In this document: positions 9,716-18,529 of the stretch, in pieces
Numbering within the stretch: position 1 is the stretch's first letter
Layout: each line of letters starts with the position of its first letter
Source: Bdellovibrionales bacterium
GTDB lineage: Bacteria; Bdellovibrionota; Bdellovibrionia; Bdellovibrionales; UBA1609
Reading direction: 5' to 3'
DNA length: 42,408 bases
Assembly (NCBI GenBank): GCA_041690295.1
Contig: JAWLHR010000024.1
Location: 1-42,408, forward strand
Notes under the pieces: generated by a model
What the model was told of the DNA's origin: nothing
The model's input: only the letters and a program-made list of their open reading frames with translations
Database searches by the model: none
Position numbers and translations under genes: made by a program

Positions 9716-10888
9716 GTGTTAAAACCGGTCTACCTGGATCATAATTCAACCACTCCCCTCGACGCTGATTTGAAGCTTCAGCTAATGGATTGGATCGAGA
9801 GCTGGGGGAATCCCAGTTCCATACATTGGGCGGGCCGGGGTCCCAAGGCTTTGATCCGGAATGCCCGTCGCAATTTGGCGCAGATGATCGGCTGCGAACC
9901 TTTGGAAATTGTTTTTACCAGCGGAGGGAGCGAAGCGAACAATCTGGCGATCAAGGGTCTTTTGCCGGTTCACCCTCGAGGTGAGCGCAAACGGATTTTG
10001 ATTTCAGCGGTCGAGCACCCCAGTGTGTTCAAAACGGCGCACGCCATGACCGCCCGTGGGTATCAGGTTGATTTGATCCCCGTGAATCGGGATGGCCGGA
10101 TGGACCTGGAGCGATTGGATCAGCTCCTCAGTGAAAAAACCGCGCTGGTGTCGGTGATGCTGGCGAACAACGAAACCGGTCATTTGTTCCCCGTCCGTGA
10201 GATCGCAAAAAAGGCTCATGAAGCCGGTGCCTTGGTTCACTGTGATGCCGTTCAAGCTCTGGGTAAGATTCCCGTGGATGTGCGCGAACTGGGTGTGGAT
10301 GCGGCCAGCTTCTCGGGCCATAAGTTTTATTCCCTCAAAGGGGCCGGAGCCTTGTATGTGCGCCGGGGCATGAATTTGGAATCGTTGATCCACGGTGGCG
10401 GGCAGGAGCGGGGCCGTCGGGCGGGCACGGAAAACACTTTGTCCATCGCGGCTTTGGGATTCATGTGCGCCCGCTGGGAAAAAGTCGGTCTTGAGGCGGA
10501 CCGTTTAACGCGGCTTCGGGATGAAATGGAATCGCGCATTTTGCGTGAGATTCCCGACGTTACGATTTCAGGGCGGGACGGAAATCGGTTGCCCAACACC
10601 TCGAATATGAATATTTCGGGGGTCGACGGCGAGACGTTGTTGATGAACCTCGATGTTCAGGGCTTCGCCGTGAGCACGGGTGCCGCATGCAGCTCGGGCA
10701 ATCCTGAACCCTCTCCGGTTCTTCTGGCCATGGGCTTCACGCGGGCCGAGGCGCAAAGCAGTTTGCGCTTAAGTTTAGGCTGGGGCAACACCCAAGAGGA
10801 TATCGATCGTTTTGTCGAGGCGTTGAAAAACATTGTGACTCGATTGCGTGGATTCCGTTCGTCGGAGTCACAGGTGCATTATGTATAG
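9716..10888 (+). CDS. Group I cysteine desulfurase (IscS/NifS-like)
   Basis: YLDHNSTTP, FTSGGSEANN, HCDAVQ, PLP Lys in SGHKF, catalytic STGAACSS. Confidence 0.95.
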   Translation: MLKPVYLDHNSTTPLDADLKLQLMDWIESWGNPSSIHWAGRGPKALIRNARRNLAQMIGCEPLEIVFTSGGSEANNLAIKGLLPVHPRGERKRILISAVEHPSVFKTAHAMTARGYQVDLIPVNRDGRMDLERLDQLLSEKTALVSVMLANNETGHLFPVREIAKKAHEAGALVHCDAVQALGKIPVDVRELGVDAASFSGHKFYSLKGAGALYVRRGMNLESLIHGGGQERGRRAGTENTLSIAALGFMCARWEKVGLEADRLTRLRDEMESRILREIPDVTISGRDGNRLPNTSNMNISGVDGETLLMNLDVQGFAVSTGAACSSGNPEPSPVLLAMGFTRAEAQSSLRLSLGWGNTQEDIDRFVEALKNIVTRLRGFRSSESQVHYV

Positions 10889-11999
10889 CTTTGGTGAAAG
10901 TAAAAAAGGACGAGTCTTGGTCGCCATGAGCGGCGGGGTGGATTCGTCCGTCGCGGCCGCTCTCCTGGTCGAACAAGGCTATGACGTGATCGGCGCCACC
11001 ATGCAGGTGTGGGATTACTCAAACACCAGTTGTGATCTCAGCAAAGGCGGCCGTGCGACCATCGAAGGTCATGGGACTTGCTGTTCAAGTACCGATGTGG
11101 ACGATGCGCGCGCCGTGGCTGATCAATTGGGCATTCCTTTTTATGTGATCAACTGCGAGGCCAAGTTCCAGGCTTACGTGATTGATGATTTCATCGGTTC
11201 GTACTTGGAAGGCCGCACGCCGATTCCTTGTTCCAACTGCAACACCTATTTGAAGTTCGATCATTTATTGCAGAAAATGCGCGAACTGGAATGCGACTAT
11301 ATCGCCACCGGGCATTATGCGCGCATGGAACGCGACGGTGATCGCTACAAACTGATTTCCAGTGCTGATAACATCAAAGATCAGACGTACTTCCTGTTCA
11401 CTTTGCCGCAGGAAATTTTGCGACACATTCTTTTTCCCGTGGGTCATTTGACGAAGTCGGACGTTCGCGCGCTGGCGGAGAGCAAGGGGCTTCCGGTGGC
11501 GCGCAAGAAAGATTCCACCGGAATTTGCTTTATCGGCCCAGGCGGTTATTCAAGCTTCATTGAGCAGCATGTGGCCAAAGACTTGTTGAAGCCGGGTCTT
11601 TTGAAGTTGTATCCGAGCGGTGAAGTCTTGGGCGAGCATTCGGGCATTCATAATTTCACCTACGGCCAGCGTAAGGGCATTGGTGTGGCCGCCGGTCGAC
11701 CGCTGTTCGTGATCAAAATCGATCCGGCGACGCACGAGGTGTGGTTGGGTGATGAAGAACATCTGTTTTCCAAAAACCTCACCGTGCGCCGGAGTAATTG
11801 GCTGACTCCCATTCGCGAAGGTGAGGAGTACTCGGTGAAAATCCGGTTCCAACATCGGGGAGCGCTGGCTCGTGTGAAAAAGATCCGGGGCGATGAGGTG
11901 GACGTGGAGTTTTTGGAATCACAACGCGCGATCACGCCTGGACAGGCCGCGGTCTTTTACAGCGGTCGCCAGTTGATCGGAGGCGGCTGGATCCAATGA
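10881..11999 (+). CDS. mnmA: tRNA 2-thiouridine(34) synthase MnmA
   Basis: AMSGGVDSS, TPIPCSNCN, ATGHYAR, KDQTYFL, DSTGICF, TPGQAAVFY. The ATG at 10881 overlaps the desulfurase stop. Confidence 0.96.
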   Translation: MYSFGESKKGRVLVAMSGGVDSSVAAALLVEQGYDVIGATMQVWDYSNTSCDLSKGGRATIEGHGTCCSSTDVDDARAVADQLGIPFYVINCEAKFQAYVIDDFIGSYLEGRTPIPCSNCNTYLKFDHLLQKMRELECDYIATGHYARMERDGDRYKLISSADNIKDQTYFLFTLPQEILRHILFPVGHLTKSDVRALAESKGLPVARKKDSTGICFIGPGGYSSFIEQHVAKDLLKPGLLKLYPSGEVLGEHSGIHNFTYGQRKGIGVAAGRPLFVIKIDPATHEVWLGDEEHLFSKNLTVRRSNWLTPIREGEEYSVKIRFQHRGALARVKKIRGDEVDVEFLESQRAITPGQAAVFYSGRQLIGGGWIQ

Positions 12000-13273
12000 C
12001 GCCGCTTCGTTTTCAAATCCACACCTTCGGCTGCAAGGTGAACACCTACGATTCGGGACTTTTACAGTCGCGACTGAAGGGGCATGGATTTCTTGAAGAC
12101 GAAGGCCAACCTCAGGTTCACATTATTAACACCTGCGCGGTGACTAAAGAGGCCACGAGGGAAGCGGTCAAAACCGCGCGCCGGTTAAAGATTAAAAACC
12201 CCGACTCTCTCGTGGTGGTGACCGGATGCTCGGCTCAGGTGGACACCGAGGAATTCGAACCGGTTCGAGGGATTGATCTCATTGTCGCCAACTCCCACAA
12301 AGGCCAGTTGGAAAACTTAATTCGCCGGTACTATGCGGGTGAGCTGCGCGACCGGATTCATAAATCCAACATTTTTAAAAAAGAGGATTTAGAACCGGGC
12401 GGGGGCGTGGAAAGCGCGCATACGCGTTCTTTTTTGAAAATCCAGGACGGGTGCAATTCCTTTTGCACCTACTGTGTGATTCCCTTCGCCCGCGGCAAAA
12501 GCCGAAGCATCGGGATTTATGAGATCGTGGAACGAATCAATGCCCTGGTGGAGCAAGGTGTGAAGGAAGTCGTGCTCACCGGCGTTCACATCGCCGATTA
12601 TCGCGACGGTGAAAAAGGCCTTGATGATCTGGTGGAAACAGTTTTGCTGAAAACCAAGGTGCCAAGGCTTCGATTGACCAGTCTTGAGCCGCTGGAGTTA
12701 AGCGAGCGGTTGTTGGAGTGTTACGCGGATCAAAGGCTTTGCCGCCACTTCCATATGAGTATCCAAAGCGCGAACTCGAAAGTTTTGCGGGACATGAAAC
12801 GCCAATACGACGCCGCGGCGGTGGAGACGTCTTTGATGACGATCGCCGAGAAGGTTCCGGGAAGTTTCGTGGGAATGGACGTGATCGCCGGGTTTCCCGG
12901 GGAATCGGATGAGGAATTCGTTGATTCCATCGACCGACTGCGGGGTTTACCGTGGACTCGCTTGCATGTGTTTCCCTATTCCGAACGGCCGGGCACCTTC
13001 GCCGCCCGCCGAAAAGATCAGGTGCCTTCGACCTCCATTCACAAACGGGCGGCCATGCTGCGTGAGCTTTCAAAGGAGAGATTCGAACAGGAACGCCGCG
13101 CCCAAGTGGGAACCGTCAAACGGGGGCTCGCCCTTCAGAAGGGGCGGCTTTTGACCCGGGACTTCTGGAAAGTTGAACTTGAAGACCAGCCCGTAAGTAT
13201 CAACGAAGAATTCGAAATTCGGATCACCAACACCAAACCCGACAGCGAATCATTGATGGCCCGTAAAATGTAG
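11996..13273 (+). CDS. mtaB: tRNA ms2t6A methylthiotransferase MtaB
   Basis: TFGCKVN, NTCAVT, VTGCSAQ, radical SAM motif CNSFCTYC, HVFPYSERPGT. Confidence 0.92.
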   Translation: MTPLRFQIHTFGCKVNTYDSGLLQSRLKGHGFLEDEGQPQVHIINTCAVTKEATREAVKTARRLKIKNPDSLVVVTGCSAQVDTEEFEPVRGIDLIVANSHKGQLENLIRRYYAGELRDRIHKSNIFKKEDLEPGGGVESAHTRSFLKIQDGCNSFCTYCVIPFARGKSRSIGIYEIVERINALVEQGVKEVVLTGVHIADYRDGEKGLDDLVETVLLKTKVPRLRLTSLEPLELSERLLECYADQRLCRHFHMSIQSANSKVLRDMKRQYDAAAVETSLMTIAEKVPGSFVGMDVIAGFPGESDEEFVDSIDRLRGLPWTRLHVFPYSERPGTFAARRKDQVPSTSIHKRAAMLRELSKERFEQERRAQVGTVKRGLALQKGRLLTRDFWKVELEDQPVSINEEFEIRITNTKPDSESLMARKM

Positions 13274-13320
13274 GCCGTTCCTTTTCAGGATGCCGCGCAT
13301 CCTGAAAAGGAACGGCCTAC
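13270..13320. repeat. Perfect 24-bp inverted repeat with 3-nt loop (GTAG-REP/REPIN-like; possible bidirectional terminator)
   Basis: GTAGGCCGTTCCTTTTCAGGATGC-cgc-GCATCCTGAAAAGGAACGGCCTAC. The arms contain the TAG stops of both convergent genes. Confidence 0.9.
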
Positions 13321-14732
13321 CTAAACAGCTCGATGGCTTGCATGATCAGTCCGCAAAGTACAAGCGGCGTTACCAAATAACGAAGCACGAACTCCCAATG
13401 ACGAAAGACTTTGACCGTGCCCGGTTGATTGGGAAGGGTGAATTCCGCTTCCACCGCTTCACGCTTGAGATGCCAAATCACCGCTTGGGAAATTAAAAGC
13501 GCGGCGATAGGTAAACACCAATTGATCAAGGCGCTATCCAGGGACTGAAGGAGATTGCGGTGCCCGATGGTTACGTCACGTAAAACGCTGGATGAGAGCG
13601 CGGGGCCGACGGCGATAATGAAACAAAGGACCGCCACCGCATAGGCTCCCCGGGAGCGCGGAACCCGCCGAAACTCGCGCCAATTGGCGACCACGTTTTC
13701 AAAAAGCCCGATGCTGGCGCCCAATGAAGCGAGATAAAGGCAAAGAAAAAATCCCAAACCGAACCAGAGACCGCCAGGAAGTCTTTCAACCAGATGAGGA
13801 ACCGTTTGAAAGAGCAATTCCGGGCCCGCGTGGGGCGCCTGGGCGCCGCCGATCAAGACCATGGGAAAGATCAAAACTCCGGCGCACAATGAAATTATGG
13901 AATCCATCATGCACACGCGAAATCCCGCCATCGGGATGTAAACCTTCTCACGTAAATAGCTGCCGAAGGTCACCATCGTTCCAAAGCCAACACTTAAGGT
14001 GAAAAACACGTGGCCGATGGCCTGGCCCAGCGACGCCAAAGTCAATTTTGAAAAATCCGGGTAAAACAAAAACCGCAAAGCCGCGCCGGCCGATTCCAGG
14101 CGCAGCGAATGCACCGCCAAAATGACCAGCAAAACGCCGAAAACCGGCATGACATAGCCCACCCATTTTTCCAATCCGAACTCCAGATCCTTGGCCACGA
14201 TGATCGCCACGATCAAAAGATGGACGCTGGTCAAAAGAAGTTGCAGCCAACCGTTTTGCAAAAGCACCATCAACGCATCATCCGGGTGAAAGCGGGAGGG
14301 ATCAATCAGGGCCACCGCCATGCGCATGAAGTAATGCAGAACCCAGCCGCTGATCACCGCGTAGTAGGCGAGGACGATCAAGGTGATCACCAAGTTAAAA
14401 AGACCGAAGCGGGAGAGGATCGACTGGACGCGCGGGGACGGCTCGGTGGAATTTTCGCGGATTTCGCGAACCATGTAGCGCTGACCCGCCAGCTTCGAAA
14501 GCGCGGCGAGAAGACTGCTTTTACTGATTTTCCCCAGGGCCAGCTCGGCGATCATGATGGGTAAACCAAGGACGAAAACCAGGGCCAAATAGATGAGCAC
14601 GAAAGCGCCACCCCCATTTTCCGCCACGATGTAGGGAAAGCGCCAGAGGTTTCCGAGCCCGAAGGCGGAGCCGACGGCGGCCATGTAAAAACCTAAGCGG
14701 GTTCCGAAGACAACCGTTTTGGACGAGACCAA
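13317..14732 (-). CDS. Sodium-dependent transporter, NSS/SNF (LeuT-like) family
   Basis: AAVGSAFGLGNLWRFPY, GGGAF, FFTLSVGFG and multiple TM helices. The TTG start lies 1 nt after the der stop. Confidence 0.93.
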   Translation of the reverse strand: MVSSKTVVFGTRLGFYMAAVGSAFGLGNLWRFPYIVAENGGGAFVLIYLALVFVLGLPIMIAELALGKISKSSLLAALSKLAGQRYMVREIRENSTEPSPRVQSILSRFGLFNLVITLIVLAYYAVISGWVLHYFMRMAVALIDPSRFHPDDALMVLLQNGWLQLLLTSVHLLIVAIIVAKDLEFGLEKWVGYVMPVFGVLLVILAVHSLRLESAGAALRFLFYPDFSKLTLASLGQAIGHVFFTLSVGFGTMVTFGSYLREKVYIPMAGFRVCMMDSIISLCAGVLIFPMVLIGGAQAPHAGPELLFQTVPHLVERLPGGLWFGLGFFLCLYLASLGASIGLFENVVANWREFRRVPRSRGAYAVAVLCFIIAVGPALSSSVLRDVTIGHRNLLQSLDSALINWCLPIAALLISQAVIWHLKREAVEAEFTLPNQPGTVKVFRHWEFVLRYLVTPLVLCGLIMQAIELFR

Positions 14733-14733
14733 G

Positions 14734-16050
14734 CTATTTTCCTTCCATGACGAAAATACGCAGAGGAATGCCCTGCAAATCCCAATTTTCCTGAATCTTA
14801 CGAATCAGGAACCGGCGATAAGCGGGCGTCACACCTTCCGGGTGATTGGCGAAGGCGATGAAGCTCGGCGGTGTCTGATTGGTCTGCGTGAGATAATAAA
14901 ATTTCACGTTCTCCGTGCCATAGACCGGCGACGGCGCTTGCTTGATCACTTCAGTGAAGAAACGATTCAAATGGGAGGTGGGAATCTTGATCGCCAGCTT
15001 TTTCCGCACTTCCTCGATTTTACGGAAAAGTTCCTCGATGCCCTGGCCGGTGACGGCGCTGGTGAAAACCACGGGCACATCGGTGAAGAAATGGAATTCC
15101 CGTTGAACCCGTTCGCGGAACCATTCCCGCGGGTTCTCATGAATTTCGCGAGCCGCATCGATCTTGTTCGCCACGACGATAATGGCTTTGTGCTGCTCCA
15201 GGCACATTTCGATGATCCGCGAGTCCTGATGTGACGGGCCGATGGTGGCGTCGATCACCAGCAGAACGAGATTCGCCTTGGGAATGGCATCGCGGGTTTT
15301 AAAAGTGGAGAGAACTTCCACGCCGCCTTTTTGCTTGCCGGCTTTTCGAAGTCCCGCGGTGTCCACGAGAATGTACTTTTGGGCGCCGTATTCGAATTCA
15401 GCTTCAATCGCGTCCACGGTCGTGCCGGCGATATCCGACACCAGCATGCGCTTTTCACCAAGAAGAAGGTTGGCCAAGGAGCTTTTACCCGCATTGGGTT
15501 TACCAATAATGGCCAGACGAAATCCTTCGCGCTCTTCGGTTTCGCCTTTTTCCATGTTGGCGATGATCCATTCCACGATTTTGTCGATGTTGAAGTCGCG
15601 CTCGAACGCGGCGGGCAGGAGATCCACACCGAACTCGTAAAAATCGGCCAGATAAGATTCCGCCTCCAGCGTCTTGTCACACTTGTTCACCACAACCAGC
15701 ATGGGTTTATTCGATTGAAGCGCGATGCGGAAGGCGGTGCGGTCCTCGGGCATGATTCCCGTGCGGCCATCAACGATCAGGATGATCATGTCGACGGAAT
15801 TCAAATATTCCACCACCTGCTGACGAATCAGCGGCGAGAAGCCGGTCTTCTCTTCACTCAATCCGCCGGTGTCGACGACCTCGAAGGATTTTCCCCACCA
15901 CTCGGTGGGTTCGATTTGGATGTCGCGCGTGACCCCGGGTTCATTCTTCACCATGGCTTTGCGCGAGCGGGTGAGTCGGTTGAACAAAGTGGATTTACCC
16001 ACGTTGGGGCGCCCCACCAAGGCGACGCGTTTAAGACGGGTTGATGACAT
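14734..16050 (-). CDS. der: Ribosome biogenesis GTPase Der
   Basis: Two G domains (GRPNVGKST/DTGG/NKCD and GKPNAGKSS/DTAG/NKID) plus a KH-like C-terminus. Confidence 0.97.
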   Translation of the reverse strand: MSSTRLKRVALVGRPNVGKSTLFNRLTRSRKAMVKNEPGVTRDIQIEPTEWWGKSFEVVDTGGLSEEKTGFSPLIRQQVVEYLNSVDMIILIVDGRTGIMPEDRTAFRIALQSNKPMLVVVNKCDKTLEAESYLADFYEFGVDLLPAAFERDFNIDKIVEWIIANMEKGETEEREGFRLAIIGKPNAGKSSLANLLLGEKRMLVSDIAGTTVDAIEAEFEYGAQKYILVDTAGLRKAGKQKGGVEVLSTFKTRDAIPKANLVLLVIDATIGPSHQDSRIIEMCLEQHKAIIVVANKIDAAREIHENPREWFRERVQREFHFFTDVPVVFTSAVTGQGIEELFRKIEEVRKKLAIKIPTSHLNRFFTEVIKQAPSPVYGTENVKFYYLTQTNQTPPSFIAFANHPEGVTPAYRRFLIRKIQENWDLQGIPLRIFVMEGK

Positions 16051-16939
16051 AGCCAAGATCCTTCAGCACACCGAGATTTTTCATCCAATTTTTACGAGAC
16101 GTCACTTTGAGCTCGAGAAACACCTTGCGATCCAACAGGGCCTCGATTTCCTTGCGCGCTTCGCTGCCGATTTTTTTGATCAAAGCGCCTTCGCGTCCGA
16201 TCACGATGGGCCGGTGATTTTCTTTGGCGACGATGATTTCCGCGTCGATATGCACCACCGGTCCCCGGTCTTCGATGAAGTGATTGATTTTCACCGCGAG
16301 CCCGAAAGGGACTTCCTGATGGAGATTTTCAAAACATTTTTCGCGAATGATTTCCGCGCTCAGTTCGCGAACGGTGCTGAGCGTGTAAAGATCCGTATCG
16401 AACAGCGGCCGTTCCGCCTCGGGTAAGAGCGGCTCAATGGCCTCTAAAATCTTCTCACGGATTTCATCTTTGGGATCGATCGAGGAACCGGAGATCACCG
16501 GAACGCCCAATGGCGCCAAACGATCGCGCAGAATTTGCGGCCGGTGGATTTGCGGAAGGTCGGTCTTGTGAATCAACGCCACCCAGGGCTTTCCGCTTTC
16601 TTTCGCCAATTGAATGATCTGATCGAGTTTTTCAATCTGCGGTTCGTCGATGTTCAAGACCGCGACCAGCACGTCACTGTTCGTGATCACGTCCATGGCT
16701 TCATCACGAAGATAAAGGTTCAATCCCGAATGGGCGTGAATGATCCCGGGCGCGTCGACAAATACGGCCTGCATGTTGGGCGTGTTCACAAGCCCCATCA
16801 CGCGACGGCGAGTGGTTTGCGGCTTGGCCGTGACGATCGACACTTTTTCTCCCACCAGGCGGTTCATCAATGTGCTTTTTCCGGAGTTGGGGAGTCCGAT
16901 CAAACCCACGAATCCGGCGCGAAACTTCTTATCGCTCAT
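16031..16939 (-). CDS. era: GTPase Era
   Basis: GLPNSGKSTL, KPQTTR, DAPG, EIIREK, KH domain IVIGREG. Confidence 0.97.
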   Translation of the reverse strand: MSDKKFRAGFVGLIGLPNSGKSTLMNRLVGEKVSIVTAKPQTTRRRVMGLVNTPNMQAVFVDAPGIIHAHSGLNLYLRDEAMDVITNSDVLVAVLNIDEPQIEKLDQIIQLAKESGKPWVALIHKTDLPQIHRPQILRDRLAPLGVPVISGSSIDPKDEIREKILEAIEPLLPEAERPLFDTDLYTLSTVRELSAEIIREKCFENLHQEVPFGLAVKINHFIEDRGPVVHIDAEIIVAKENHRPIVIGREGALIKKIGSEARKEIEALLDRKVFLELKVTSRKNWMKNLGVLKDLGYVINPS

Positions 16940-17646
16940 GGCGTGGCTCCCCGTGTGAGGTGTTCAAGGGCCTGAGAGGCCGCGGCTTGTTCGGCGGTTT
17001 TTCGTGAAGCGCCCTCGCCTTCACCGAGACGGGTGCCATTCACCCAAACTTCATAGCGGAATTTTTTCGCGTGCTCCGGCCCTTCCGCCTGAACCAGCCG
17101 GTAATCAGGTAGGCAACGGAATTTTTTCTGCGCGTATTCCTGCAATCTGGTTTTGAAATCCGTGGCGAACTCGTTTTCCACATTGAGTTGCGCGAGATCC
17201 AGGGCGAATTGACCGACCACGAACTTTCGCGCGGCCTCAAGCCCGCCGTCCAAATAGATCGCGGCCACGATGGCTTCAAAAACCGAGGCGAGCATGCGCG
17301 GACGCGAAGCGGATTGTTCCCGGTTTTGCTCTTCGCTTCGACCGAGGTAAAGAAACCGGCCGAGTTGAAGCGCTCGGGCTTTCGCGGAAAGACTGGCTTC
17401 ATTCACCAAAGACGCCCGCCACTTTGATAAAGTGCCTTCATCCACATAGGGATAGTGGTTCATCAGCGCTTCCGACATGAGAAGGTCCAATACGGCGTCG
17501 CCGAGAAACTCCAAACGCTCGAAATGCCCGGGTGAGCGGGTCTTATTTTCAAAGTGATAACTTCGGTGAGTGATGGCCGTTCGCAGGAGCTCGGGCTTAG
17601 TGAATTGATGCCCGATCAGGGCCTGTAATTCTTCTTCTTTGGTCAT
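16936..17646 (-). CDS. rnc: Ribonuclease III
   Basis: ERLEFLGDAVL signature and C-terminal dsRBD (KTRLQEYAQ...GPEHAK...AEQAAA). Alternative ATG at 17655. Confidence 0.97.
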   Translation of the reverse strand: MTKEEELQALIGHQFTKPELLRTAITHRSYHFENKTRSPGHFERLEFLGDAVLDLLMSEALMNHYPYVDEGTLSKWRASLVNEASLSAKARALQLGRFLYLGRSEEQNREQSASRPRMLASVFEAIVAAIYLDGGLEAARKFVVGQFALDLAQLNVENEFATDFKTRLQEYAQKKFRCLPDYRLVQAEGPEHAKKFRYEVWVNGTRLGEGEGASRKTAEQAAASQALEHLTRGATP

Positions 17647-17687
17647 GCAGATCATCCCGGAAACCCACCGGTTTCCAACATAAAGCC

Positions 17688-17716
17688 CTTCTAGCCTGCG
17701 GAGCGCTCCGCGTCAA
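17688..17716 (-). promoter_or_regulatory. sigma70-like promoter of rnc-era-der with palindromic spacer
   Basis: TTGACG-N17-TAGAAG on the minus strand. The perfect palindrome GCGGAGCGCTCCGC lies at 17698..17711. Confidence 0.4.
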
Positions 17717-17723
17717 TAGGGTT

Positions 17724-18476
17724 CTAATGATGGGGACCGGTGAGCTTTTTCTCACAGGTGAGCCGAATTAATTGAGCGATTTTGATCTTTTCTTCCTTGG
17801 TCAGCGGCTGGAGCTGAGCTTCGCCGTAATAAATTTTACGGTGAATAATGCTATTGGCCGGGTCGGGGAAATCGAATTGATTGATGCTCAATCGAACTTG
17901 CACCGGCACCGATCCCCTGGAGAATTCGAGGGGTATGGCCACGGCCACTTCCCCCATCAATGGGGCGGACGGATCTAAAGAAAGCTCCGGTTCGGGGTTT
18001 AGAATGTCCGCGTGGGTGAGGACACTCGTGGCCACAATGCAGTCCGAGGGAAAACAGGGTTCATTAAAGTCCATGTCGTAATCAAAAATCTGACGTGAAA
18101 TACGGGCCGCGCCCACGATCAGTTCGTTGTAATCGTTGGCCGGCATGAACTTAACCGTGGTGGGTTGAGTTTGGAAATCATGCCAGCGATTGTTTTCCCG
18201 GCGCACATTGAGCCGGGTTTCGAGAAACGCCGCCGCTGAGGCGTCGTGAGGGTTGAAGTAGAGATCAATTTCCAAGCGATATTTGGTTTTATTGATCCAG
18301 TGCAAGCGTTTGTGAGACGACTGGCGGAGACGTGGCATGACGTCGCGAATGCGAATGGGCTGAAAGCTGAGATGGTAGTAGGCGTCGGTGTTGTAATTCG
18401 CGGCGGCGTAGAAAGAAAACCAGAAATTGACCAAAATCATGAACGGAAGAGAGGACTTCATTTTGCTCAACTCCAC
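17724..18476 (-). CDS. Hypothetical exported protein
   Basis: 250-aa ORF with a hydrophobic signal-like N-terminus ending YAAA. No family recognised. Confidence 0.7.
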   Translation of the reverse strand: MELSKMKSSLPFMILVNFWFSFYAAANYNTDAYYHLSFQPIRIRDVMPRLRQSSHKRLHWINKTKYRLEIDLYFNPHDASAAAFLETRLNVRRENNRWHDFQTQPTTVKFMPANDYNELIVGAARISRQIFDYDMDFNEPCFPSDCIVATSVLTHADILNPEPELSLDPSAPLMGEVAVAIPLEFSRGSVPVQVRLSINQFDFPDPANSIIHRKIYYGEAQLQPLTKEEKIKIAQLIRLTCEKKLTGPHH

Positions 18477-18506
18477 GGGATGAAATCACAGGTCCCGCTT
18501 GAGTTG

Positions 18507-18522
18507 TGCAAAAGCTAAGCCA
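18507..18522 (-). promoter_or_regulatory. sigma54 promoter-like motif for 17724..18476
   Basis: Minus strand TGGCTTAGCTTTTGCA (TGGC-N7-TTGCA), located in the short intergenic gap. Confidence 0.6.
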
Positions 18523-18529
18523 AGGGAAT

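Noticed and set aside
17691..17699. CTAGCCTGC match to the terminal repeat element
   Set aside because: Only 9 nt with no flanking similarity, consistent with chance.
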